This document shows positions 1 to 13,664 of a DNA stretch of 64,000 nucleotides, in pieces. Every line of letters begins with the position of its first letter. Positions within the stretch are counted from its first letter, which is position 1. Under the pieces are notes generated by a model. The model was not told where the DNA came from and did no database searches. It saw only the letters and a program-made list of their open reading frames with translations. Origin of the DNA: Eledone cirrhosa (Eukaryota); the NCBI GenBank assembly GCA_964016885.1, contig CAXHJY010001209.1, forward strand, positions 24,690 to 88,689, read 5' to 3'. A program made the translations under genes and the position numbers.

Positions 1-513
1 TCCACTTTCCAAAACCACTTTTTCTCATTCATACAATCTATTCTTTCTTTCTTTCTTTCTTTCTTTCTTTCCTTCTTTCCTTCGCTCTTTCTTTCCTTCT
101 CTCTTTCTTTCCTTCTTTCTTTCCTTCTCTCTTTCTTTCTTTCTTTCTCTCTTCCTTATCTTCTTTACGGCTTCAGTTCATTCGTTCTTTGTAAATTTCT
201 CACATTGTCAGCCACCATCACACACCATAATAACTACCACTGCAACTACAATAACAACACACTTCCCCTCCACCACCAACGTTACCACCTTTACCACCAC
301 CACCACCACCACCACCACCACCACCACCAACACCACCAACACCACCACCACCACCCCTGTTTCTCTTCTACACATAGCTTCCTGTTATTAACGAGGAAAA
401 TGTTTTAATATTAATTTAATAACCTGAAATTTCAATTTTCTTCTCCCTCTTCCATATGTATGTATATATAAATATATCTGTGAGTATGAATGTGTATATA
501 TGAATATATATAT

Positions 514-569
<56 letters not shown>

Positions 570-863
570 TCACACACATGCAAACTCAAAGAGATGCATA
601 CATAATCACATGTATGTGTGTGTGTGTGTGTGTGTGTTTTATGTGTGTATGTGTGTGTGTGTCAAAGTATGACTAAGGGAACAATACTTTCACTGGTCTT
701 CCCATTAATGATAATTTTTATACACAATAATTAATGTAATGTTGTTATATATATAACATACCCCGCTGTGAAAATATCAATACTTATAAAACCTGTTATC
801 AACATAATTGTAATGTAGACCTTCAGAAATATTATCTGCAGTGTATGCATTATTACACAGCTT

Positions 864-932
864 CGGGGTCGATAAAATAAAGTACCAGTAATCTACTGGG
901 TAATTGCTGGCCTTGTGCCTAAAGTAGAAACA
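864..932 (+). mobile_element. 5'-truncated SINE family 1 copy (3' part) with 15-bp target-site duplication (TSD)
   Basis: Matches the 3' half of the full copies at 9706-9908 and 45558-45746 (CGGGGTCGATAAAATAAAGTACCAG...AGTAGAAACAATT). Direct repeat ATTATTACACAGCTT at 849-863 and 933-947. Confidence 0.9.
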
Positions 933-1059
933 ATTATTACACAGCTTATGAGGAAAGAAAGTGAAGTGGAAGCTATACACTGTATACATAGCTATAGTGT
1001 CCTGCCTCTATTGGACTTTTCTTGTGATTTTCTTAATAATGTATATTTTCGAAGATAAT

Positions 1060-1107
1060 TGTTTCTACTTTAGGCACAAGGCCAGCAAATATCCAGTGCA
1101 TTACTGG
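1060..1107 (-). mobile_element. Very short 3'-end SINE family 1 insertion with 16-bp TSD
   Basis: Reverse complement of the SINE 3' end, flanked by TATTTTCGAAGATAAT at 1044-1059 and 1108-1123. Confidence 0.85.
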
Positions 1108-1247
1108 TATTTTCGAAGATAATGTTAACGATTCTGTTGAGAAAATACGAGAAAAGAAAATTACATTTTTACTCTCAGAAAATATCGTAAATTCTCTGTC
1201 ATCTTAAAACGTAATACATGTGTAGAAGACATCTTGTGCATATAAAC

Positions 1248-1319
<72 letters not shown>

Positions 1320-1326
<7 letters not shown>

Positions 1327-1626
1327 GTGAGTTTTTTTTTACAAAATGAAAAATAAACGAGGTGCCCTACACGAGAAATATATATATTTATTTGGTTCCT
1401 TTACCGGTTTCGCAGTTCTTCTGCTTTTCAAAAGGTGAGTTGAGATGGAGGGTCTGTGGTTTTTCTCACATCTGATGTGAGAAAAACCACAGACCCTCCA
1501 TCTCAACTCACCTTTTGAAAAGCAGAAGAACTGCGAAACCGGTAAAGGAACCAAATAAATATATATATTTCTCGTGTAGGGCACCTCGTTTATTTTTCAT
1601 TTTGTAAAAAAAAACTCACTTTCTAA
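1320..1626. mobile_element. Perfect ~307-bp palindromic fold-back element in (TA)n, family A (Penelope-like pLTR-derived)
   Basis: Arms are reverse complements around a single T at 1473, with (TA)n on both sides. Related copies at 62126-62450 and 22139-22494. Confidence 0.9.
1511..1548 (+). ncRNA. Minimal type I hammerhead ribozyme, U3-A8 variant (mirror copy on the - strand at 1398-1435)
   Basis: CCUU [UUGAAAA] GCAG-AAGAA-CUGC GAA ACCGGU A AAGG: helix I CCUU/AAGG, 4-bp helix II, palindromic helix III, GUA cleavage triplet. Confidence 0.8.
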
Positions 1627-1630
1627 TATA

Positions 1631-1685
<55 letters not shown>

Positions 1686-1839
1686 GTATGTGTGTATATG
1701 TATATATATATATATATATACACACATACATATACATATATATGTATAAGGTGCAGCCACCACACATGCTATTAGCTAAAATTGTATATATAAGGAAGTG
1801 TGGTTCTATTCTTTTATCATTGCACATCCGTAACCGGAG

Positions 1840-2997
1840 CCACTACCACCACAACCACTACCACCACAACTACTACCACCACAACTACTACCACCACAAC
1901 TACTACCACCACAACTACTACCACCACAACCACTACCACCACAACCACTACCACCACAACTATTACCACCACAACCACTACCACCACAACTATTACCACC
2001 ACAACAACTACCACCACAACTACTACCACCACAACCACTACCACCACAACCACTACCACCACAACTATTACCACCACAACCACTACCACCACAACTATTA
2101 CCACCACAACAACTACCACCACAACTACTACCACCACAACTACTACCACCACAACCACTACCACCACAACCACTACCACCACAACTACTACCACCACAAC
2201 CACTACCACCACAACTATTACCACCACAACAACTACCACCACAACTACTACCACCACAACTATTACCACCACAACCACTACCACCACAACCACTACCACC
2301 ACAACTACTACCACCACAACTACTACCACCACAACCACTACCACCACAACCACTACCACCACAACTACTACCACCACAACCACTACCACCACAACTACTA
2401 CCACCACAACCACTACCACCACAACCACTACCACCACAACCACTACCACCACAACCACTACCACCACAACCACTACCACCACAACTACTACCACCACAAC
2501 CACTACCACCACAACTACTACCACCACAACCACTACCACCACAACCACTACCACCACAACTACTACCACCACAACCACTACCACCACAACCACTACCACC
2601 ACAACCACTTCCACCACAACTACTACCACCACAACCACTACCACCACAACCACTACCACCACAACCACTTCCACCACAACAACTACCACCACAACTACTA
2701 CCACCACAACCACTACCACCACAACCACTACCACCACAACCACTACCACCACAACCACTACCACCACAACTACTACCACCACAACCACTACCACCACAAC
2801 CACTACCACCACAACCACTACCACCACAACCACTACCACCACAACCACTACCAGCACAACTACTACCACCACAACTACTACCACCACAACCACTACCACC
2901 ACAACCACTACCACCACAACCACTACCACCACAACCACTACCACCACAACCACTACCAGCACAACTACTACCACCACAACTACTACCACCACAACCA
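1840..2997. repeat. 15-bp minisatellite (CCACCACAACYACTA)n
   Basis: Visible tandem 15-mer; source of the poly-T, poly-V and HHNHY ORFs. Confidence 0.95.
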
Positions 2998-3109
2998 TCA
3001 TCTCACTATCATCTCCAAATATATCTCTTACACGTACTTCCCCCACCACCACGCCTTCGAAAACTACCTCCCACCACCACCATCACCACTACCATCACCA
3101 CCATCAGCA

Positions 3110-3455
3110 ACACCACCCTCACCACAATCATCACTGCCACTCTCACCACCATCACCGCAATCATCACTGCCACCCTCACCACCATCAGCAACACCACCAT
3201 CACCGCAATCATCACTGCCACCCTCACCACCATCAGCAACACCACCATCACCGCAATCATCACTGCCACCCTCACCACCATCAGCAACACCACCATCACC
3301 GCAATCATCACTGCCACCCTCACCACCATCAGCAACACCACCATCACCGCAATCATCACTGCCACCCTCACCACCATCACCGCAATCATCACTGCCACCC
3401 TCACCACCATCAGCAACACCACCATCACCGCAATCATCACTGCCACCCTCCCCTC
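3110..3455. repeat. 48-bp minisatellite with 33-bp variants
   Basis: Repeated CAATCATCACTGCCACCCTCACCACCATCAGCAACACCACCATCACCG. Confidence 0.85.
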
Positions 3456-3755
3456 CACCACCAAACCACCACACTGCCCGCATCGTTGCATTGTCAAGAC
3501 GACAAAGAATGTTGCTGAGTCCACTCCGATTATAATAAAGATGAAGGCTGGTTGACCTGAGTGAGTAATCCGGTAGTCGTATTATTGTTCCGGTATTGTT
3601 TTCCACCTGACACCGGTTCCTTATACCTAGTCTTTAAAGGGAATTATTCTTCTACTTCGGCGTTGTTTGATTGTAATGACAGGACGTGGCTCTTGTTTTC
3701 TGACAGATGTTCATACACACATACACACATGGGCACACACACACACATGCTCCCA

Positions 3756-3977
<222 letters not shown>

Positions 3978-4036
3978 ATATCTGTATATATATATATCTG
4001 TGTGTATACATATATATATATATCTGTGTGTATACA

Positions 4037-4089
<53 letters not shown>

Positions 4090-4140
4090 TTCGAGACCTA
4101 CATTTTTTCGAATTGTGTAGGGAGACAGATACCTTCACCT

Positions 4141-4245
4141 AAGAATACCGGTCGCTCTCCGACAGGTTTTCAGTGGAGCCCCTAGCAGTGGAGACTTCTG
4201 GTGTCCTTGGCCCCTGGAGCCACCTCCCTACTCACCAGTTTGGTA
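4141..4245 (+). pseudogene. Fragment of a CRE-like (restriction-like endonuclease, RLE) non-LTR retrotransposon C-terminus
   Basis: Translates [23 protein letters not shown], resembling the F-P-A-V-E-T-x-G-x-x-G-P motif at the end of RLE-type ORFs. Homologous to 49857-49956. Confidence 0.6.
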
Positions 4246-4640
4246 GTGATGGATAGTGAGAGGGAATGAAAGAGAGAGAGAGTGTTGTTTGCTAGATATA
4301 GAGAGGGGGTAGTTTGGAGGTAATTGATATAGAGAGTGGTGTTGGAAGAGAGTTCCGTGTAGTAGATATAGAGAGGGGGGAGAGTTTGATGTGAATTGAT
4401 ATAGAGAGTTCCGTGTACTAGTACATGTTTTGGTAGTTTCTCCCCAAACTACCAAAGCAGACAGCTATCTGGATATCTCTACAACTTATGTACATCTTAT
4501 GTTTATCGCATGTCCAAGTTTTCTGTTCATTTCAGAGTACAAAGAACTAAACTAATCACTACAACTAAATTGAACAAATTTGGCACCCCAATACAGAAAT
4601 GCTTTCACCGCCCGTGGAGTGTGTCTCTGTGGTTTGTGTC

Positions 4641-4735
<95 letters not shown>

Positions 4736-5150
4736 GTGTGTGTGTATACGCATATAAGCGCTTTTTATCGTTTTGTTTATGTACCCCCAAAATTATTATT
4801 CATCAAGAGTTTCTCGGTTTGTGTCTTGAAAATAGAGACATGGACGTGACAGTACGTCTGGATTAGCCTCTGTATTTGAACATCCTACCTCACATTAGCA
4901 CAACTTAAAGGTTTTATTAATGTTATTGAGTTAACACTGACAATTACAGGTAAAGAGGCTTCTATTTGGTGTTTAGTCATGAAAACCGCCTTCTTTCTAA
5001 ACTGTCAACTTTAGAAACTATTATTTTGCGTATCTCGAATGATACTTATTCGTCAGCATACCCTTCTTCTTCTTCTTCTTCTTCTTCTTCTTCTCCTGGG
5101 AGGGGGGGGGGGCAGAACCTTCAAGTGGCTCTTATTAGAAGCAATTGTCT

Positions 5151-5305
5151 AGTGATGCTGGAGTTGTGAAATCTTACAATAATTTCAATTCTTTTTATTA
5201 ATAACTGCATTGTTTCCTTCCAGGGACAATGTTGAAAAATAAACCTCATTTGATCATTCCATGAGAGTATCTTGGTCAGCCTATGAACCTTTCATCCAAC
5301 ACTTG
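5151..5305 (+). mobile_element. Mariner-derived MITE, partial copy
   Basis: Homologous to 61126-61319. Contains the GD(N/Y)VEK-stop transposase tail and a degenerate right TIR followed by TA. Confidence 0.7.
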
Positions 5306-5449
5306 TAATTCTCAAGCAGAAGTTAGCGTGGAACAACATATAATGTAGCCCAAAAGTCACTAGACTATTTCTATGTATTATATATGAAAATGGTCCAGTT
5401 AGTTTTGAGCCCAGCTATGAATTCTAGATACAACAAATACGATATTTCT

Positions 5450-5575
5450 CCGGGCAGCTTTCACCTATTTCATTTCACTCATAAGGTTTGTGTCATTCGT
5501 AAAACCTTGCCTAAGATATCACGCAGTGAGATCGAATCCGAGACGTACGGCACCACTGGATATAATAACCGCCAT
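5450..5575 (-). mobile_element. Degenerate tRNA-derived SINE, family 3 (similar decayed + copies at ~6440-6545, ~53960-54115 and ~59510-59660)
   Basis: Shared blocks resembling CACTGCGTG..CTTGGGCAAG..TTGTGAGTG..TTTGGTAGACGGAAACT; highly diverged. Confidence 0.55.
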
Positions 5576-6003
5576 CTTGAAAGAAATATTGATATATAAT
5601 TATTTACATGTGTAGATGTGTATGCGTGTATGCGTATATGTGTGTGTATGTGAATGTGAATGTATTTTTTAATGTATTTCATTATTCGTAGATTTTTCCC
5701 AGCATATATCACAAAACACTCCACCCCAATCCTAAGAAAAAAACATTTCGAAAAACTAAAATAAAACAACGAAGAAAAAAACAATAAAAAAAAACTGAAA
5801 CAAAACAAAATGTTTCTTGTTTTTTGATAAAAGAGAAATCTGGACTTTCTAACATCAGAGATACAAGACCGGGCATTCCGGTAATTAATCAATAAATATA
5901 TTGCTTGATTTGCATCGAAAGTCCATTAAATAATCGATTTCTTGTTATGAAAATAGATTTGGTACTTATCTGTGAGTAGTTAGTTGCGTTTTCTTTAAAA
6001 GTT

Positions 6004-6102
<99 letters not shown>

Positions 6103-6388
6103 ACACACACACACACACATATATATATACTTTATATACACAAACAAAATAAAGAGGGCGTTAAAGAGAATTATGACCAATGAAACTATATATGTATGTG
6201 TTCGTGGATGTGGGTGTGTATGTGTCTGCAAATAAGTTTGTATGTATGTATGTATGTATGTATGTATGAATATGTTTATATTGCATATATGCAAGTTTCT
6301 ATATATCTTTCTGTTTTTTTTTACTTCTCTCTCTCTCACACAAACACATACGCGCATAAACATACACTATCACACACACACACACACG

Positions 6389-6419
<31 letters not shown>

Positions 6420-6565
6420 GTTTTATATCTACGACTGAAGTGGCTCTGGGCTTGGTCCAACAGCGAGGCACCATCCGCAAAGGTTATCTCTACATATAGT
6501 TGGCCAACGTTTTGTGAGTGAGCTTCGTAGACAGTAACTATGTTTTATCCGGTCATATATATATA

Positions 6566-6643
<78 letters not shown>

Positions 6644-6659
6644 GTGTGTGTGGTGGTGG

Positions 6660-6700
6660 AGAATGACGTTTCGGGCATAAGCCCTTCATCAGGAGAAAAG
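6660..6700 (-). ncRNA. Hammerhead-like motif typical of Penelope-like pLTRs; helix I not formed
   Basis: Minus strand reads CUGAUGA A GGGC-UUAU-GCCC GAA ACGU C. Confidence 0.6.
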
Positions 6701-6804
6701 TGGTAAGGAAAAGAGTTCCGAGGGCGTGAGGGGGAGTGGTGGAAAGACATTAAAAGAGGGGGGGGGTCAAAGGGAAGAAAATAAAGTAAAAAGAGGGTAA
6801 TATA

Positions 6805-6850
<46 letters not shown>

Positions 6851-7427
6851 AATTTAAAACGATATACGAAAAAACAACCAGTATCATGTACATATGTATA
6901 ATGATAAATAAATTACTCGTATACACACACACACACACATACACACACACATATATATATATATATATTATATGTATATATATATATGTATATATACATA
7001 TATATGTGTGTGTGTGTGTGAGCGTGTGTACTTAAATTTAATTTAATATCCTACATGCAGTCTAGTTCTTTGTGGAATTAATTTTTGTAAGTTCCCGTTA
7101 AAGAGCAACAGAATCCATGTATCTTATATTCACATGGATTTAGTGACATACTGAAGCAATGTGTTGAATGCTAGTTCTTCCTCTAGTTTATAACAACTTC
7201 TCTATAGACGTGCAGTTAGAATAAAGAGGTATATATAGACATAACGAAGTACTGATAGGCGGATGGCCATAGCTATGGCTTGTATATACAGGGTTGAATA
7301 CCACTTTCAGCACATTGTATTGTGTCTGTGGTTACTACAATGCATGTTGTCAGGACACTTTTGTTCTGATCGATCGACAAGATCGCAGACCTCATTTGCT
7401 TGCCTAGTGGGGTGAGCCTGGTCAAAT

Positions 7428-7623
7428 CGGACCAAGGAAACAATGTTTCCATTGGTCTTTCCATTGCTGATACTATCTACCGGTCGCAACTCTTTGGCAG
7501 AAAGAACAACGTCGAAAATAAAGTGTCTTGCTTAAGGACACAACGTATCACCCGGTCCAAGAATTGAACTCGCAGCCTCACGATTGTGAATCCAACTCTC
7601 TAACCACGAAGCCACGCGCCTTC
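7428..7623 (-). mobile_element. tRNA-derived SINE family 2
   Basis: Homologous over its length to 28911-29102 and 52780-52974. Minus-strand A-box and B-box head followed by a GTCCTT(G/A)AGCAAGACACTT block. Confidence 0.85.
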
Positions 7624-9705
7624 ACTAAGTCACGGGCCTTCACTTTCAGGAGATCCATATACTCTGATGTATCCAGAGCGCTATGTTTTAGGCAGAAAGC
7701 TCTGAAATAGCCCGAGTCCCTAACTGCAATGCAGTAATAGAGCAGAGTCAATTCATTTATGATAGGTACCCTGCCATCAACACCTGCACTTGAATCTGTT
7801 GCGAGGGCAGGTTTAATCCTTGTGTTCCTGTGGTCATGAATCTTGTTATATTTACACCAATCTAAAATCCGGTGGTGCTGGTGTTGTTTTCTTTTATTGT
7901 GCTTTTAACTTAGCGTTTCGACAAACAGAGATCAATAGAAACATGTAGAAGAATAAAAGAATGTCCATTCACACTTGTTCCTCTAAACACTCACATAACA
8001 TTACATACACACACACACTAACACTCACACATGCCAAACATACACACACACATTCACACTCAGACAGGCCGCTATTACTATCACAACCACCAACAACAAC
8101 CACAACTACTGACAGCTGCACCACCACCACCACCACCACGGGTACCAGCACCAATACCCCACCATCCCTCACCTCCACCAGCACCACCAGCACCACCACC
8201 ACCACCTCAGCAGCCCCGCCCTCTATATCCGGGGACGTCACTAAGACAACCTCATTATTTAATGAACTCTATATGACATGCTTCCATTAACGAAGGAAAC
8301 AATATAAATATATGGCCTCTGGTTACTGTGTGGTGACATGTGATAATTGTAGTGGTGGTGGTGGTGGGGTGGGGTGGGGGGTCATGATCGTAGTGGTGGT
8401 GGTGGTGCTGGTGGTCATGCTCGTAGAAGTGGGGGGAGGTGGTGGTGGTGGTGGTCATGCTCGTAGAAGTGGGGGAGGTGGTGGTGGTGGTGGTGGTGGT
8501 GTTCATGCTTTTGGTGGAGGTGGTGTTTGTATTGGTGTTGTTAAGGAGAGGGTTGTGTTGATAATGTTATTAGTTGTGGTGGAGGTCATGTTTGTGGTGA
8601 TGGTGGTGATAGAGTTGTGAGTGTTTGTGATGGTTATAATGGAGGTTGTGATGGTTTGTGTGATACTGTTGTTGTTGGTGACGGTGGTGGTGGTGATGGT
8701 ACCTAATTAGTAGTGGTGGCAATAATTGTCGTAATTTTAATGTTTTGTCCCCATGTCACTATGGAATGAGTAGCCAGCTTTATGACCAATGCCGTTCCAA
8801 ATGTGACCAACACGACACTAATGCACTTAAGATAACATTATCCCATACGCCCCTTCTTTCTAAAGTGTTAATGTATGGCTTGAGTGAAAATTTGGCTGCA
8901 ACTTCTAGCAGGTTACATCGCTACAGGGTGGCTCCTTTTTCCAGTTAGTAGCATTTGTTTTAAAACCCTAAATCAGCCTGACATTTTCTTTGTATATGAA
9001 GAAAACCCTGGACCACATTAACCAGTATATCTTTCTTTAAAAGAGGGGTAAGGTGTTATTCGAGGGAGAAGTAGCTACTATTTCTAGTAGTGATATATGG
9101 TAGCTAGCGATTTAACATGGTTTCCATATTTAACCTGTGACCCTGTTCAATACAACCCCTAGTATCTGGGTGTCTTTCGTTGATTCTACACTGCTGTAAC
9201 CAGGGCCTCGGGGAACTAAATGTCTGGCATTTACTTTTGGTGTTTGAGCACACCTTTTAGACATATTGAGGCTGTATATGGAGAAGCTATTTTATGAGTG
9301 TGTGCGTGTGTGTGTGGGGGTGAGTGTGTGCGTGTTTGTATGTTTGTGTGCGTATTTGTATTTGTTTGTGCGCATGTTTGAGAGAGAATGTGTGTGTGTG
9401 TGTGTTTGATGTATGTGTGGGACTATATAGGTGTATCTGTGTGTATGTGTATTTTATGTTTATCTGGATGGGGCGGGAAGTATAATGTTCTTAAAATACC
9501 ATTGTATTAGTACTCTACAATGTTATAAATAAGTCTATGTGGTACAGGTTGATTAAACCAGTGCTGACAGATATTATACGGATTGAGTTTACAATTATAA
9601 GAGATACAATAGCAATGGATTTTATATGAAACCAACGCCATTACCTCACCTACTTATTACACCCAGCCTCAAACATTTCACTTTCTGTTCTTCACCCAGC
9701 TACTA

Positions 9706-9908
9706 ATAACTGTTTCTACTTTAGGCACAAGGCCAGCAATTTGAAGGTGGAGGAGAGTACATTACTGGTACTTTATTTTATCGACCCCGTAAGGATGAAA
9801 AGCAAAGCTAACCTCCGCGGGATTTGAACTCAGAACATAAAGGGCCATAACTCTATGCTGCAAAGCATGGTGTCTGACGCTCTACCGATACTTCCCAATC
9901 CACCGCCC
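9706..9908 (-). mobile_element. Full-length tRNA-derived SINE family 1
   Basis: Minus strand GGGCGGTGG..CGGTAG (A box) ..GAGTTCAAATCCC (B box) .. 3' tail. TSD TCACC(C/T)AGCTACTA at 9692-9705 and 9909-9922. Confidence 0.9.
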
Positions 9909-10292
9909 TCACCTAGCTACTACTAACCACAAGGAAAACAAACACCCACTACAAATTCTTCCTCAACTACCAGTTCAATATCTTATCACACTCACACGAG
10001 GAGCCAAGAGTCTCCAGATATAGAAGTAGATGTATATTGAATAATAATATTACCTAGTTGAGTAACTAATGATGGGGAGTAAGACAGGGTGGTCAAAATC
10101 TGGAATGTCTTTCATCATAGTACTGTTCTATGATGGTTGTCTCAAGGCTAATCAACAACAACAACAGCAATAACAACAATAACATGTTTCACATCAATAA
10201 ACAGGTGACAAAAACTCTCACAAAACTACTGTCACGAGAGAGGATTGCAATTGGCAGAATTTGACAACAATTCAATCACTAACTCATAAATG

Positions 10293-10484
10293 TTATCCAA
10301 CCATCTTGCTCGGCGGTCTACCCCTGGGCCTCCTGCTGGTTGCTTTTACCCGTAAAATCTTTCCAGCGATTCTGTCCTGAGATATTCTAACCACATGTCC
10401 GATGTATTTAATACACATATTATTGAAGACAGCCTTTAGTTTTGTTATATTTAATGTTGCTCTAATATTTTTACTCTTTATCAT
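10293..10484 (-). pseudogene. RTE-clade LINE ORF C-terminal remnant
   Basis: Peptide IKYIGHVVRISQDRIAGKIL...RRPRGRP matches the LRWxGHVxR...RPRGRP tail of RTE-type reverse transcriptases. Confidence 0.7.
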
Positions 10485-10945
10485 TGGAGGTCCGACCTAG
10501 CAACCCACACTAATGTACACAACAGGAAAAAAAATGAACAAAGGGACTTTCTGCTTTGTCGATCGACCAGCTTGAAATAGCAGTCAAATCACCTTCAAAT
10601 CAAACTTTACAGTCTCCAATCTAAAATGTGATATTGGAAAATGCAGTTCTAAAAATACAATGTTTTGAAAGAAGACATGAATGGTTACTGTTGCGGTGCC
10701 TTTGATCATAGGCCTGCTCGATCAGCGAAGACCTGGGGCTAAACAACAATTCAACATCAAGCGACGAGATAAGAAATCAAACATCGATAAAAATTAACCA
10801 AATAACTGGAAAAATTGGTGAATATTCTTCTCCAACATAAACTACAAAGCAAGCAGGATCTACACACATTTACAGACACGTACAATATACACACACGTAT
10901 GTATATATGTATGTATGTATGTATATATGTATGTATATATGTATG

Positions 10946-10976
<31 letters not shown>

Positions 10977-11552
10977 ATATGTATGTATATATGTATATAT
11001 GTGTGTATGTATGTATGTATATATGTATATATGTATATATGTGTGTATGTATGTAGAAATATATATATCATGTACATCTTTTCATCGTCCATTTAGTTCA
11101 TTCACTATTTTGGTCGAATAACAAATAATTCTATTGCATTGATATACATATATATATACATACATATATATATGTATGTATATATATATAGTTATAGTTA
11201 TAGTTATATATATGTTTATTGTACACACAAACGACAATGTCTTTAATGAAATGCTGGTCTGTTTAGAAAGTTTTCCATACTTTGAAAGTAAGAGACTGAA
11301 GTATCTCCAACTTTCTTTCTATTACTTTTCTTTCTACATTCTGTCGTCTTACAGGAACAGCAACAAGAACAAGAACAACACGAAAGAAACAGAGACAGAA
11401 TCATCACTCCCCTCCCCCACCTTGTCTGTGGTTCTGTCGTGTTCTGTTGCTGTTTAATGCACATTTTCTAATGTAATCAGGTACATCTATAACTACGGTT
11501 ATGTATTATAGAGGGTGAAGCGCTGTCTCGGGTCTCTGAATCTGTCTGTGGG

Positions 11553-11632
<80 letters not shown>

Positions 11633-11676
11633 ATACTTTGGGAGGGTCATGTTGCCAATAAACAAATTCAGAAACG

Positions 11677-11714
<38 letters not shown>

Positions 11715-11718
<4 letters not shown>

Positions 11719-11828
11719 ATAATAATAAATGTGAAGACTAAAATCCAAAGAGGGCTCGATAAGGATAAATATATATCAAATATATAAAAACCATAGAGCA
11801 AATATATAACTTTAATCTGTTATTTTAA
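11715..11828. mobile_element. (TA)n-embedded short dispersed repeat, family E (other copies, opposite orientation: 24861-24913, 44806-44953, 55205-55300)
   Basis: Shared TAGTAATAATAATAAAT..AAAATC..GGGCTCGATAAGGAT block. Copies differ by internal deletions and are all bounded by TA runs. Confidence 0.75.
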
Positions 11829-11831
11829 TAA

Positions 11832-11930
<99 letters not shown>

Positions 11931-12044
11931 TTCTCTTTTCAACAACATTTCTTATATTTGCACAAACATACACACAACCACAAAATACACACACGCACAC
12001 ACACACGCACTAACATATATATAGTTAAAAAATCACACACCCTA

Positions 12045-12074
<30 letters not shown>

Positions 12075-12079
<5 letters not shown>

Positions 12080-12500
12080 ACAATGGAATTAGTTTGAAAC
12101 TAGTTAGACCATTACTCAACAGAATATTTGATACTTGGGGTTGTAGAGTGTGGTTATATTATAAAGCGTCGGGACCCGACGGCTCTTGGCGTTTCAACAG
12201 ATAGTTCCATATGTGGACAGCTTATCTATATATACAATATCACCGTGGACAGAATAATGAGATTAGTTTCAGTGTCCTGTTGGGATTTCATCAACGGCTG
12301 ACTAGCCCCTTTAACTGTTCACAGAGACACTTCTTATATTGATATTATTAAGAGTTAAAGTAAATCGTATAGACCAATCTACATACATAAGGATGCTTGG
12401 GAACTGGTTTGATAAATATATTACTGTCGTCTTAACAGTATTTTGTGTCAATACCATACTGTACTACAGAATATATTTATACATTCTTAGCCAAAACTGA
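12075..12500 (-). mobile_element. Penelope-like element 3' region / pLTR remnant
   Basis: Minus strand carries a degenerate UUGAUGA..GAAAC motif and GAAACGCCAAGAGCCGUCGGGUC, related to family B and to 55321-55447. It ends in (TA)n. Confidence 0.55.
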
Positions 12501-12592
12501 GAGATGTAAACAACTATATATAGAATACCTTCATATTTAGAGTCTAGTTTTGAAATAAAACAGTTTGTACACCATTAGTACATCTCTCTCTC

Positions 12593-12720
<128 letters not shown>

Positions 12721-12755
12721 GGGATATTTTTTGTGAACACTTATCTATTTTCCCG

Positions 12756-13096
12756 GGACCAGCATGGGAAACACATAAACTCAGCAATTTTTAAAACATT
12801 CTATTTAAACCTTTACTAAAATATATACCAAGCATTATTCGGGATGACTTAGATATTCTCAATCATTTATCAGAAAGATTAAATGAAGACACAAGAATTG
12901 TTGATTCATTTGATATGGTTAGTTTATATTCTAATATCCCACATAATTGTGGAATAGAGGTTGTTCTATATTGGCCCCAGAGTCACTGATTGGAGTGCTG
13001 GACTGTTTAGAAACAAATATCCTCGACGAAGGACTCAGGTTTATTCTACAAAGCAATTATTTTATGTTCGATTAACTTATATATTGTCAGATTTCG
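12756..13096 (+). pseudogene. Penelope-like reverse transcriptase fragment
   Basis: Manual translation [37 protein letters not shown]...DSFDMVSLYSNIPH...EGLRFILQSNYFMFD*LIYCQ matches PLE RT motifs (SFDVxSLYTNIP; LxxNxFxF). It contains stops and is absent from the ORF track. Confidence 0.85.
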
Positions 13097-13129
13097 CTAA
13101 CAACTAAGAGTCAGGAAGATGCAGAAATG

Positions 13130-13263
13130 TGGTTTCGGCTTGTGTATTCAACAAGCCTTGTTGAATACACAGGCCGAAACCGCTTGGCGCCGCGGTCGGC
13201 ATTTTACATATCTCTATACCACTCTACTCACATGATTAATGGTCTCCTCGGCCTCAGCACCGC

Positions 13264-13268
<5 letters not shown>
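13130..13268 (+). mobile_element. Fold-back pLTR-like end carrying the 3' half of a hammerhead
   Basis: Hairpin 13130-13182 (GGTTTCGGCTTGTGTATTCAACAAG-C-CTTGTTGAATACACAGGCCGAAACC), then GAA ACCGC-UUGGCGCC-GCGGU C and a tail ending in (TA)n. Confidence 0.65.
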
Positions 13269-13312
<44 letters not shown>

Positions 13313-13664
13313 TATATATAGTTGTATAAATGAACAGAAAGGCAGTACAAATGGTATGGTTTTTAGTTTCACACTTGAGAGTGGGGATAGTTTTGCTCAT
13401 AGCTTCGTACTTACATGCACACACACTCTTTTACTCACATATACACACATTTCTTCTTAGCTTCGTACGGACGTATAATAACACACACACACACACCCAC
13501 CCACCCCCCCACACACACACACACATACGCGCACACATGCTTACGCACGTGAACAAGTATAGGTCTTTTTACAAAACGGTCTTTTTTCCATTTCAGGTAG
13601 ACGTACTCCATCATCCACTTTTCTAAAATATAAACCATACACAAAACGCCAGCACCAACAGTTT

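Noticed and set aside
1634-3606. His-, Thr-, Val- or Gly/Asp-rich ORFs
   Set aside because: Translations of 15-bp and 48-bp minisatellites and TA runs.
3480-3710. Unique, more GC-balanced stretch as a host exon
   Set aside because: No recognisable peptide in the frames examined, and stops occur. It cannot be supported without transcripts.
6432-6533. TCTACGA-CTGAAGT...TCGTAGA as a hammerhead
   Set aside because: No GAAA half, and the interior matches the degenerate SINE family 3, so the pairing is likely chance.
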